The notes: generated by a model not told the origin, from the sequence alone. A stretch of 62,680 bases of DNA, filler included, from Porpidia crustulata (GCA_964255105.1; 23 parts of 23 records of this genome joined end to end with filler, not necessarily neighbours in it); one strand, 5' to 3'. Shown: positions 1 through 11,966, counted from the first letter of the whole stretch. Translations and numbers: made by a program.

Positions 1-660
1 CACCCCTCCCTTCCCAACTATGTCGCCTCTATCGCGGGCAGCACACTTGGTATAACCGATGATGCTAGTCCGGCCGTCCATGCTTTCTCCAACCCCACCA
101 TCCTTGACCTGCTCGAAAAGGGTGGAGTGACATGGAAAATGTATGCCGAAGATTACCCAGGCGGCTGCAACACCGAGGCCACCAACGGCGTCCCTCACTC
201 ATATGCCGCCAAGCACGTCCCAGCCATCTATTCTAAGACGGTGACCTCCAAACCCGCACGTTGCGCCAACATCGTTCCTGCCACCCAATTTGAGAAGGAC
301 TTCCAAGCCGGCACCCTTCCACAGTGGTGGTACTACGTGCCCAACCTCAACAACGACGGCCACGATACCGATACATCATATGTTGCTACTTACCTCAAGA
401 ACCAATGGATCCCCCGCTTCCAGAATACCAAGTTCACCAAAGACTTGGCGATGGTCATGACCTACGACGAGAGCGAGACCTACAGCGCGCCCAATCACGT
501 GTACGCTGCATTGATCGGTGATGCGATCAAGACCGTGGTCAGCAATCACACTGATGCGACCAAGTACAGCCATTACTCGCTTATCAAGACTGTCGAGGAC
601 AATTGGGCCCTGGGGAGCTTGGGGACGGGTGATAAGACGGCTACTGCTATTAAAATCTAG
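1..660 (+). CDS. Phosphoesterase-family acid phosphatase, 5'-truncated
   Basis: Frame 1 is open from base 1: HPSLPNYVA, WKMYAEDYPG, YAAKHVP, PNLNNDGHDT, TYDE, YSHYSLIKTVEDNWALGSLG motifs. Stop TAG 658-660. Confidence 0.85.
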   Translation, partial: HPSLPNYVASIAGSTLGITDDASPAVHAFSNPTILDLLEKGGVTWKMYAEDYPGGCNTEATNGVPHSYAAKHVPAIYSKTVTSKPARCANIVPATQFEKDFQAGTLPQWWYYVPNLNNDGHDTDTSYVATYLKNQWIPRFQNTKFTKDLAMVMTYDESETYSAPNHVYAALIGDAIKTVVSNHTDATKYSHYSLIKTVEDNWALGSLGTGDKTATAIKI

Positions 661-1434
661 AATAGTAGTGTGTATTTTGCTTGTCATTTTAAACGCTGCA
701 TTTGAGTTTAGTCATTTGAGAAGGTACATAGATTGAGTACAATTCACAAAGTTTCAGATATTCCATCAACTCGACCACGCATAGTATCGTTGCAGCGCTT
801 GACTTTCGACGTCTTCCTCTTCTAAGAACTGTGCTTCAGATTCAGTAATAAGCTGCACGCTCCTTTATAATCTAAGGTTAATCTCCCATAGCCATTGCCT
901 TAATATCAACATATCCATATCTCGGTCCCATGCCACATCAATGCTACAACTCCTCAACAATTCCCCTTCATAAACTCACCCTCTTCGTCCTACATGTAGT
1001 CTATTCCCAGCAACCAATAAAAGGTATAGACGATCTAAGAAACGTTTTTGGTGTGGAATTCATGTTGTATACGTTTCGTGTTCTAGATAGGCTGGCTAGC
1101 TCGCGCAGACCCTAATCATTGTAGTAGAACACATGTGCGTTATATCGTGATAGTCAACAAGCTTACTATTCAACGAGCAAACGATATGGAGGACGCCAGG
1201 GTATCTGAGATGGAAGGCTGACGGATTCCAAACGAGCTTAAAGCGAAGGGCCTCCATAATTGCTAGGCACGCTAGGCAGCGTTTTAGGCTAGCTCTAGGG
1301 GCCGCCCGCTATCGATAGGCTTGAACTTCAATAGGCGAGGCGTCCTCGGCGGAGGATCTTGAATTTTAAGAGTGGGCGGATTTGTTACCATTCAAAAAAT
1401 TCAAAGGCAGGTTCTTGCGCAGTCTACTGTGAAA

Positions 1435-2700
1435 ATGACCGTCATCCCGGCGATCAAGCGCAGGAGAATATTTACCTCAGACTCCTCAGATAACGAGTCT
1501 TCGCCATCCACGCTTGTAGCAGATGGGCCTGGGCCAGATGACTTCTTTACCAGAGCAGCGGGATGGAACTTGGAGCAAGACTACGAGCAGCGGCCTCGAA
1601 AACAGAAGAAGAGAGATAAAGAGAGCACAAGACTTCCTATCAAAACCGCTGAGGGCAGGGTAGAACCGCTTCAAGTCACGGAAGTGAAGGACGAGGGTCA
1701 AGACAGGTGGACAAGTTCTGAAGAAGATGGAGACAACAGGCAGAAACTGTCAGTAACGGTTCAAGAAGTGGCTCCAGCAATATCCATTCGGCAACAAATT
1801 ATAGAGGCAAAAGAGGAACTAGCCAGAGTGGCCAACTTGATCAATGAGGATCCGGAAGAGCACATAGGAGGCCTCAAAACGTTGGCGCAAATTGCTACCT
1901 CTACGAATCCTTCTATTAAGAAGCTTGCCATAGCAACAGCCCTGGCTGTATTCAAGGATGTCATTCCGGGTTATCGAATACGTGCCATTGCAGAAGATGA
2001 TCAGACCGAAAAAGTGTCCAAGGAAGTGCGTCGTATACGGGCTTTCGAGCAAACATTAGTCGCTTCTTACCAGAACTACTTAAAGGATCTTGCTAAATAT
2101 GCAAAATCAGGCGGTGAAGCAGCACCAGGGGTGTCGACAACTGTCGCAAACGTCGCGATCTCTTGCGCTTGCGCTTTGCTGATTGCGGTCCCACACTTCA
2201 ATTTCAGGGGCGAGCTTCTGAAGATCCTAATGGCAAAGCTAAGCGGAAGGAAAGTGGATTCTGACTACATGAAATGCCGTGAAACATTGGAGACTTTGTT
2301 TCGCAATGACGAAGACGGCACATCATCCTTAGACGCCGTAAGGATGCTCACAGCTATGATGAAAGCTCGTGGCTATAGAGTGGATGAAAGCCTACTGAAT
2401 ACATTTCTCCATCTGCGGCTTTTATCCGAATTTTCATTAAAAGGTTCCCAAAATCACATCGACACTCTAGCAAAGGAAAACGGCAAGAAACCCAAGTTCA
2501 AGAAGGAGTTTCGCACCAAGAAACAGCGAAAACTCCTGAAAGAACGCAAAGTCGTCGAGAAAGAATTCAAAGAAGCGGACGCCATAGTCAGCCATGAAGA
2601 GCGCGACCGCATGCAAGCCGAAACCCTCAAACTCGTCTTCGTAACCTACTTCCGCATCCTAAAAGCCCGCTCACCCAACCTCATGGGCGCCGTCCTCGAA
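1435..2700 (+). CDS. NOC3: Nucleolar complex-associated protein 3, 3'-truncated
   Basis: EQDYEQRPR, LPIKTAEG, AKEELA..EDPEEH, VFKDVIPGYRIR, VPHFNFR, ETLKLVFVTYFRILK motifs. First ATG at 1435. Confidence 0.92.
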
Positions 2701-3350
2701 NNNNNNNNNNNNNNNNNNNNNNNNNNNNNNNNNNNNNNNNNNNNTTAATTAATTAANNNNNNNNNNNNNNNNNNNNNNNNNNNNNNNNNNNNNNNNNNNN
2801 TCATGTTCGCTTCGCAACAGCAACAATTCCATCAAGAGAAAGAAAGAGATGAGAAGAATGAAGAAAAGAGACAACTCGAAGAGAACTATGATAAACCAAG
2901 AGAAAACGAAATGGCTGATCAAGACCAGCACAGTAAAACCTCAATCTCTAAAACACGGAGATTCTGCTCAAAGTTCCATGTTAGAGCACTTGGGCGAGAG
3001 AAACCCCCAATCAGATGACTCTAATAAATGAGTTTGGTCAGGACATGGTGAGATTCAATCCCTGTTTCATCCCTCTTCGTAGCAGAACCCCATGCTGATA
3101 GGTGGGGGTTGATGGAGAGGATGGATCGTTTCATGATTGTGGAAGGTGGAGTTGAGGAAATTGAGTTGGGTCTGGGTTGGTTCGGAGGCATACCATGGGG
3201 ATAGGAAGGAAGACTGGAATAGATGGAGGTGATTGGGGCACTTTCCGTCAGCGTACATGATAGAGCTCGGGTCGGTTTTGCCAGTTTAATTAAGAAAACT
3301 TTGCTTTTACTTTCCAAACCAACTATCAGCAATACTACACCTCCCACCTC

Positions 3351-4978
<1,628 letters not shown>

Positions 4979-5649
4979 TCACCGTATTATCCGAACGGTG
5001 TAAAATATGGAGTGATTCGCTCTCGCTTTTGGATAGAGTAATGCCTACTTGCGTGAGGGGGGGGACAGCAAGCCTTTTTGTATGAGTGCTCCCGTGGTTG
5101 GAGGCTTGAATTGTGCTTGGTGGGAGACTAATGACAATAGATTTCCGTAAGTCGGAGGCTTGATTGATGATAGAGACAGTCAATGAAATCATTTCATGGT
5201 GATCCGCCGTACCAATGGCTTGCGGCCGGGGAAATAAACGAAGAGATCTCACAACGCGCCGGAGATGCATCAGGCGATGCCCGGTAAGCAAGTAGTTGCT
5301 TCGAGTCGCCCATGGTTGACCCATAGGAGAGATATCCGGAGGACACCGCTGACAGGCTACTGCAAGAATTGTTTATTGGGAATGAGTCTGAAGTGTGACT
5401 ACGAACATCTATAAATGTATGTTTCTTATCGGCCACTTCCTATTGGCCACACTGATACTTCCAAGCCCTACGGCCAAGCTACCCCTCCCTCCACCNNNNN
5501 NNNNNNNNNNNNNNNNNNNNNNNNNNNNNNNNNNNNNNNTTAATTAATTAANNNNNNNNNNNNNNNNNNNNNNNNNNNNNNNNNNNNNNNNNNNNCTTCT
5601 TCGTTGACCATTTTGGAGCGATTTGAACATAATGGTTGGATTTTGGTGG

Positions 5650-5700
5650 GTGCGTTTAGTGTCGGCGTGCGTTTAGTGTCGGCGTGTGTTTAGTGTCGGA
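5650..5700 (+). repeat. 17-bp tandem repeat x3 (GTGCGTTTAGTGTCGGC)
   Basis: Units at 5650, 5667 and 5684; the third has two substitutions. Confidence 0.9.
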
Positions 5701-6112
5701 TTACGTTAAGCGCCGCGGCTCTACATAAGTCAACGCCGAGGCAGAGCAACACCTCGGCATGATTACGTCAATCATAAAGATTTCGGGGTCTTATTGACAA
5801 GGGAGGTGGATCGTTGATTAACAGCATTATCGCGCATACAGATCTATCCTCTTGGAAGACTTATCTGAGACGATCACTCAACAGTCCCCGACGAAGTGAT
5901 CACCATATCTATGGGACTGCAAATGCATCGTCAGCAACGAAGTATCATTGGATACTGTAAGCCTGATATGAGTTTTTCTGGGAACGCGGATGTCCATGGA
6001 AAGGAACTAGGAGATAGAACATCCTTTGAGAATGGTGGTAGAGAGCCTTGGTCAAGTATTAAAGAGCTCGACTTCTCCATTTACTTTCCATCACTCATCA
6101 TAGCTAAGTGAA

Positions 6113-7822
6113 ATGGCCCAAAATACTACTTCGTATGTCGATGTACTCATATGTGGAGGTGGCCCGGTGGGTCTCCTTCTCTCGTATCAATTAGCCCGTA
6201 TGGGTATCAAAACCTGCGTCCTCGAGCAGTATGACAAAAGCACTCAAGGCATGTACGGCCGAGCCTGTGTCCTTTATCCTCGCACACTGGAGATGCTCGA
6301 CCAGCTGGACCTGTCCGAAGCTTTGACGCAGATTGGCTTCATCGGTCGCAGCGCCGTGACGTACCACGATGGTAAGAGAGTCCACGGCAGGGGTTGGGGC
6401 TTCATCAGCAAACCTCTCGACAGCTTCTTCGACTATTGCCTGAACATACGACAAAAATATTCAGAGCATGTATTTCGCGATGCAGCTGAGCAGCTCGGAA
6501 GCATCATTTATAGCAACACGAAGCTGGTTGGCTTCACAATGAATGATGGACAGGATGATTACAAAATCACAGCGAATTTGCAAGGGGAAGGCGAGACACC
6601 AACGACGGTGCAAAGCAAGTATATTATTGGAGCTGACGGAGGCCATTCCACGGTTCGGAGCATCGCAGGCATCCCCTTTAATGGCGACAACGTCAAAGTG
6701 GAATCGATACTGCACTGGATCCGCATGGATGCTCTTGTCAAGACGAATATGTCAGATGCACGTATAGGCTTCGGATCCATTGAATCACCGCGGCACGGGA
6801 ATGTTTTGTGGGTTGCGATAGATCACGGTCGTACAAGAATTGGGTTTGCCATACCGACTGAAGTATACGAGAAGTACGGTGAGAACATCAGTGAAGATGT
6901 AGTGACGGAAGAGGCTATAAAGGCTCTAGCTCCTTTTAAGCTCGAATTTGTCTCTGTGGATTGGTGGACCCTCTACTCCATAGGCCACCGAGTTGCCGAT
7001 AGCTTTCGTAGTAAAGATCGCATCTTCCTGGCCGGCGACGCGGGCCATACACACTCCTCCGGCGCTGCTCAGGGCATGAACACCGGCATGCACGATGCCG
7101 TGAACCTTGGCTGGAAAATCAGTGGCGTCCTCAAAGGCTGGTATACCGATTCTGTGCTGGAGACTTACTCAACGGAACGCCGAGCAATAGCGAAGGAATT
7201 GATTGCGCTAGACAAGACCATGTCCACGCTCATTTCCGGCACGATGGCGCCTGGCTATAGCGGCGACACCAACAAGGCCCTTGGAGACGTCTTAGAATCC
7301 TCAGCACAGTTCACCACGGGCTTGGGCGTACACTACGATGCCAATACCCTCAACAGCGACTCCTCAGTCTCGGCCATCCAGCCGGGTTGGCGGGTGCCCG
7401 ATGTCCTGGTGCGTCGACCCGGTTTCAAGATCCCCATGCGCTTACATCAAGCCACAAAGAATCACGGCAAGCTTTGGATCGTGGTCTTCACCGGCACGCC
7501 CTTCCGTACGATGTCCAAGCTTAGAGCCTTACGCGAATATCTAGACGGCCCGCGGAGCTTCACAACGCATTTGACGGAGGCCTTCAACTTTATCACTATC
7601 ATCGCTGGCCCTGGGTTGCAGGCTGACGAAATTCTCGGCGTAGAGCGTTTCGGAGATGCGTTCTACGACGTGGACGAGTCGGCGCACGTTCGTTATGGTG
7701 TTGGGGTGGGCGAAGGCGCTGTGCTTGTTCTGCGGCCGGATGGCATCATGGGGTTCGCTGCTGGCTTGCACGAAGGTCCTAAGCTGGCGGAATACCTAGA
7801 GACTTTTGTCACTCGGAAATAG
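6113..7822 (+). CDS. FAD-dependent aromatic monooxygenase (phenol 2-monooxygenase-like), intronless
   Basis: GGGPVG Rossmann motif, IIGADGGHSTVR (DG motif), RIFLAGDAGHTHSSGAAQGMNTGMHDA (GD motif), C-terminal VLRPDG. 569 aa. Confidence 0.92.
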   Translation: MAQNTTSYVDVLICGGGPVGLLLSYQLARMGIKTCVLEQYDKSTQGMYGRACVLYPRTLEMLDQLDLSEALTQIGFIGRSAVTYHDGKRVHGRGWGFISKPLDSFFDYCLNIRQKYSEHVFRDAAEQLGSIIYSNTKLVGFTMNDGQDDYKITANLQGEGETPTTVQSKYIIGADGGHSTVRSIAGIPFNGDNVKVESILHWIRMDALVKTNMSDARIGFGSIESPRHGNVLWVAIDHGRTRIGFAIPTEVYEKYGENISEDVVTEEAIKALAPFKLEFVSVDWWTLYSIGHRVADSFRSKDRIFLAGDAGHTHSSGAAQGMNTGMHDAVNLGWKISGVLKGWYTDSVLETYSTERRAIAKELIALDKTMSTLISGTMAPGYSGDTNKALGDVLESSAQFTTGLGVHYDANTLNSDSSVSAIQPGWRVPDVLVRRPGFKIPMRLHQATKNHGKLWIVVFTGTPFRTMSKLRALREYLDGPRSFTTHLTEAFNFITIIAGPGLQADEILGVERFGDAFYDVDESAHVRYGVGVGEGAVLVLRPDGIMGFAAGLHEGPKLAEYLETFVTRK

Positions 7823-8790
7823 TAGAAGCGGGAGCCTTGACATCCGAGCGTAGGATCATGATAGATGCATGTTACTCGCATTGGGGGCCAATAGAGCAGC
7901 GGATAGATTGCAATGAGATTGACTGGTTCTATATCAGTTTTAAATCCTACTTGGACATTCTCCCTTGCGTGACTTGTGCTAGATTTCGCCTATTCTAAAG
8001 CCTTGTACTAGCTTGAGTAAAAGCGGCTGCTCTACACGAGCGCATTCAGCTCCGGGGAGCAAAATGGTTTCGGAGGGATGAGGATGTGAGATTTCATCCC
8101 CAGACTTCATCTTCAGGCTTCATAGCAGAATACTCTTCGATGGTTGTACAAGTACCATACTAACAAGAATTTTCTTCGAAACGTTCAGGTTCTCAACATT
8201 TAGACTACGACGATTCGTAGTCCGTCTAGGAGATGCAAATGTCCCGCTTAGATCTCGATGCCGCTGTCTCCCTCCCTCCCCTCTTCNNNNNNNNNNNNNN
8301 NNNNNNNNNNNNNNNNNNNNNNNNNNNNNNTTAATTAATTAANNNNNNNNNNNNNNNNNNNNNNNNNNNNNNNNNNNNNNNNNNNNGAAGAAGGAGGCTT
8401 TGAGAAGAGTCACTGCCTGGTACCATGGGGAGTAGAATCGATACTCGGTTGATTATTCAATGGTGGGACGGAATATCAAAACTAGATCCGGCAAATAGAG
8501 TGGAACCGATGCCCAAAATGGCCAAGAGAAGATACTCGTATGGACCGCGATGATTGAGTGCGAGAGCCAAAGAGAGCAAGGAAATAGAGCATGTATTTGG
8601 GATCGTGAGGCTGAAATCTAGAGAATTACAATCGATTGGAGGAGAATCAATTACTTCTGTTAGGTAACAGATCATTGCTGAAGTTCTTTGAGAAATGGTC
8701 ATGAAAGGATGTGTATTGAGACTCTTATAAAATTAACGATGGGATCCTACAAATTGGATGAGCGCTTCTCAATCTAAGATCGAAATCTGC

Positions 8791-8795
8791 AAAAA
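8791..8795 (-). terminator. RNA polymerase III oligo-T terminator of the tRNA gene
   Basis: TTTTT starts two bases after the discriminator base on the minus strand. Confidence 0.75.
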
Positions 8796-8816
8796 GGGGC
8801 TCAACCGGGATTTGAA

Positions 8817-8870
8817 CTGCTAGTTGTTAGAGTTTTGGGGGAAAAGGTGAGGTCGCTGGATATGACTCAC
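8817..8870 (-). other. Spliceosomal-type GT-AG intron (54 nt) inserted between G53 and T54 of the tRNA T-arm
   Basis: 5' GTGAGT, pyrimidine tract CCTTTTCCCCC, branch site CTAAC (8830-8826), 3' CAG. Exact excision restores CCGGG-TTCAAAT-CCCGG. Confidence 0.85.
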
Positions 8871-8886
8871 CCCGGGGCCTGTCACA

Positions 8887-8920
8887 AATCAGAATGTCTG
8901 GAGACATCCAGGCCGTACAA
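8887..8920 (-). other. Canonical tRNA intron at position 37/38 (34 nt)
   Basis: Begins one base 3' of the anticodon. U32 can pair with the antepenultimate intron A (A-I pair). Internal hairpin CTGGA-TGTC-TCCAG. Confidence 0.88.
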
Positions 8921-9120
8921 CCCGAAGCGACAATCATACCACTAGACCATTGAGCCAGAATATCGTAATGTTGCTATTATAGTTAATAAATCTGTATAAT
9001 CCTTTCGCATCATACGTCTTCGATCCCGGCATACCCCGCAACTTTGTTGAGAAGTGCCTACAAAACCACGGAGGACTCTTTTACCATTATCAATGTATTC
9101 CTGTTCTATTTCTATAGGAG

Positions 9121-10316
9121 ATGGAAGCTTATGCAATAAATTATGGAGTTTCGACTGAAAACCCACCATTTCCCGATGATGTTCTAAATGCACCTCTCCT
9201 CCGATTATCTCTCGAGAAGCTGCTTGAGGATGATCCACAGGAATCAACACGCTTCTTTCAAGCATGTAAAGACCTAGGCTTCTTCTATCTCGACCTACAA
9301 GGCACCTCGGTTGGCGAGTCTATCCTTAACGATGCCGACAAGCTCTTCGACATTGGAGAACAGCTGTTTGAATTGGAGGAAAGTGAGAAGCAGAAATACG
9401 ACTTCAGTGCACAGCAATCATATTACGGGTATGGACTCTTTGATCAAAAAGCTCTAGAAGCATGACTCTCAGACTGCCGATATCAGTTACAAAGGGTATG
9501 GCAAGTCTATCATCGACAGATCCGGTACTTTGGATCGCAACGAGTTCTACAGTGTCAGCCGCTCTTCCCTACCCAATCTGATGTCTAGCTGCTCAATGCT
9601 CATCCTAGATATCCAAAGATGACATTCTCTCGGTTTCTCCACCCCTACCCGCCCCTAGACTCCTTCAACGTACCCGCGATGTTCAGGTCTCCTATACTCA
9701 CGCTGCCCACTCCATCGTTCGTCATCTCCTCGGTCACCTAGAAGCTCATCTGCACCTGAAGCCGTCCGCCCTGTCATCCCTGCACCGCCTTGCGGCCCCT
9801 TCAGGCGACCAGATCCGATTTGTCAAAGCACCTCCGCAACCCCGAGAGGATCGTCGTACCGCACTGGGCGAGCACACCGATTTCGGTAGTATTACCATCT
9901 TGTTCAACCGGCTTGGAGGCCTTCAGGTGCTACCTCCCGGTGAAGACGCACAGTGGTGCTATGTTCGCCCTTTACCAGGCCATGCTATTGTGAACCTGGG
10001 CGATGCGATGGTCAAATTCACAAACGGATTGTTGCGGTCGAACATACATCGTGTGGTGTCCCCACCCGGTGCACAGGCTGAGCGCACGCGATACAGTGTG
10101 GTTTATTTTTCGAGGCCGGAAGACGAGGTTATACTGAAGAGATTGGAGGGCAGCAACGTGATACCGGAATTGCGAGAAGGGGAGCAGGATGAAGAGGTCA
10201 GCAGCAAAGACTGGATTACAAGGCGAGCGATGACGAAGAGAACGATGATATACAAACAAGGGGATTGGGAGAAGACGACAGGAACGGAAAGGCCAGTTAC
10301 GAAGAGCAGAATATAA
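9121..10316 (+). CDS. 2-oxoglutarate/Fe(II)-dependent oxygenase; introns 9429-9486, 9554-9608
   Basis: ACKDLGFFYL (DIOX_N-like), spliced YYG|YKGYG and DRNEFYS|ISKDDI, HTDFGSITILFNRLGGLQ, NLGDAM, SNIHRV, RYS. Confidence 0.92.
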
Positions 10317-10777
10317 CACCAATCAAAGAGCACTGGACAGAGATGTTAAGAGGGACCAAACGCGTCAAGGTGTTTCTGATAAAGTAGGAAGGTAGAAAGC
10401 ACGCGCCAGATCCTAAAATGTCGTTCAAATGAACCTTTACGTGTTGCAGCGCACTGAGAACAAAACTCTTAATCCGAACATGGATGAGTCGCAAAGGCAA
10501 TTCAAAGTTTCGAAGCTGACGATGCAAATTCACGTTGTGGGCTGAATGATATGTAGTTACCCAGATAAATCAGCAAATCCACCATCTTTAGGTTGATGTT
10601 GTAATAAAGCTCGTAATTGTTGAAGGATTCTTCAGCGAAGAGCCGCTTTGTTGTCTTGCCAACCCAATGCAGTAAGTCTATAATTAGAACTTGCAGTTTC
10701 GAATAAACTTCGATGCTTAACTACCCAATCGACTAGTAGAGGGTACGCAATCAAGTAAATTCCTGCACTAAGTAGCA

Positions 10778-10806
10778 ACTCTGAAGACTCTGAAGACTCT
10801 GAAGAC
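10778..10806 (+). repeat. 9-bp tandem repeat x3 (ACTCTGAAG)
   Basis: Three perfect copies in intergenic DNA. Confidence 0.85.
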
Positions 10807-11172
10807 AAAGCTTACGGATGCAACGGGCAGTGATCATTCGTTGCGCTGGTACAGGTCAATACGAACTGTCCGGAATTTCGCTCCACGAGGTCCCTAACCG
10901 TCCCGTTTCCTGCCTTGTGTGACCTCAGGGCACTTTCCAAGTCAGCACATTCCTGATCCCTTGCCCACTGTGAATATGGCACGCCGGTTGCCAGATCGTA
11001 CCTTCTCATTCAACGACGATGACGAGCTGTCATTGAGAAGTGGCGGCCAAGACCAATTCCCTCATTCACAGGNNNNNNNNNNNNNNNNNNNNNNNNNNNN
11101 NNNNNNNNNNNNNNNNTTAATTAATTAANNNNNNNNNNNNNNNNNNNNNNNNNNNNNNNNNNNNNNNNNNNN

Positions 11173-11519
11173 CTCCCCAAACTCCCGCGCGTCCCATGAG
11201 CGCCCCGCATTTCCAAGTCGACGCCGATGTGCGCAACGAGAGCCTGGCCAAGAAAATCGTCTCAGCGAAAAAGCGCAAGTACAGCATCATCTGCATCGTG
11301 GGCGAGAAGAACCTCAAAAACGGCTCCATCGACGTCGATCTGAGCGGCATCCCGGACCAGCTGCGAGCGTGGCGGCACGCGGAGCACGTCAAGCCTGGGA
11401 CCAGGGCGCCGGTGAAGAAGGATGGACCGAACGGGCAGGTGCGGAACATCCCGGGGGTGAAATTGAGTGAGGCGGAGTTGATGGAATTGATGAGGCGGAT
11501 GACGGATGCTTATGTATAA
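11173..11519 (+). CDS. C-terminal anticodon-binding domain of a class IIa aminoacyl-tRNA synthetase, probably mitochondrial threonyl-tRNA synthetase (5'-truncated)
   Basis: FQVDADVRNESLAKKIVSAKKRKYSIICIVGEKNLKNGSIDV fits the HGTP anticodon-binding pattern. Confidence 0.65.
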
Positions 11520-11966
11520 GGGGTACGGATTTTTAGGATCGGGCTGTATTCTAGCCTGCGTACATAAAGCGCGCCACCATGCAAGCCCGTGAATTGATGG
11601 CACTCCGAATTTCGAGAAGGGGGTGGTGAAGACATGAACCGAGCGCGGCGTCATTCTGGTGGTAAGATATATAATCATGTATGAAGTGAGTGTCTAAGAC
11701 AAAAACCGAGCGTGGCGTCACTCTGGGACAAGCTTGCAGCGTATATTGAACGGAAGCAATCCAAAATCCCAGACTCCAATCGGAGAATGATGCTACTCGG
11801 CAAGGCTTAGACCCGAAGATGCTTTAGATTCTGCGGAGCACTTCTCTAGCACTGCAGAAAATTTGCATTCTTTATACCAGACACCTCCTGCCCCCGAAAC
11901 TCTCCCTCCTCACCAAACCCATGAGCACCCGGTGAAATTCTTGCGAAAGATACCTCAAGACCCCGA

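Larger units (their letters stand above)
8797..8956 (-). tRNA. tRNA-Pro(CGG) with two introns; exons 8956-8921, 8886-8871, 8816-8797
   Basis: Spliced sequence GGCTCAATGGTCTAGTGGTATGATTGTCGCTTCGGG|TGTGACAGGCCCCGGG|TTCAAATCCCGGTTGAGCCC is 72 nt. It has a 7/7 acceptor stem, anticodon stem GTCGC/GTGAC, CGG anticodon (8924-8922), 5/5 T-stem and a TTCAAAT loop, matching the eukaryotic tRNA-Pro consensus. Confidence 0.93.

Noticed and set aside
2745..2756. Regularly spaced TTAATTAATTAA as a biological repeat or CRISPR-like array
   Set aside because: Always embedded in N runs; a six-frame stop linker added during concatenation.
2803..3220. Short plus-strand ORFs downstream of gdhA
   Set aside because: Possibly the 3' end of a truncated gene, but no frame or product could be supported.
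8817..8870. T-arm insert as a bulge-helix-bulge (endonuclease-type) non-canonical tRNA intron or a transposon footprint
   Set aside because: No BHB pairing across the junctions and no terminal repeats or target duplication beyond one G, whereas all spliceosomal signals are present.
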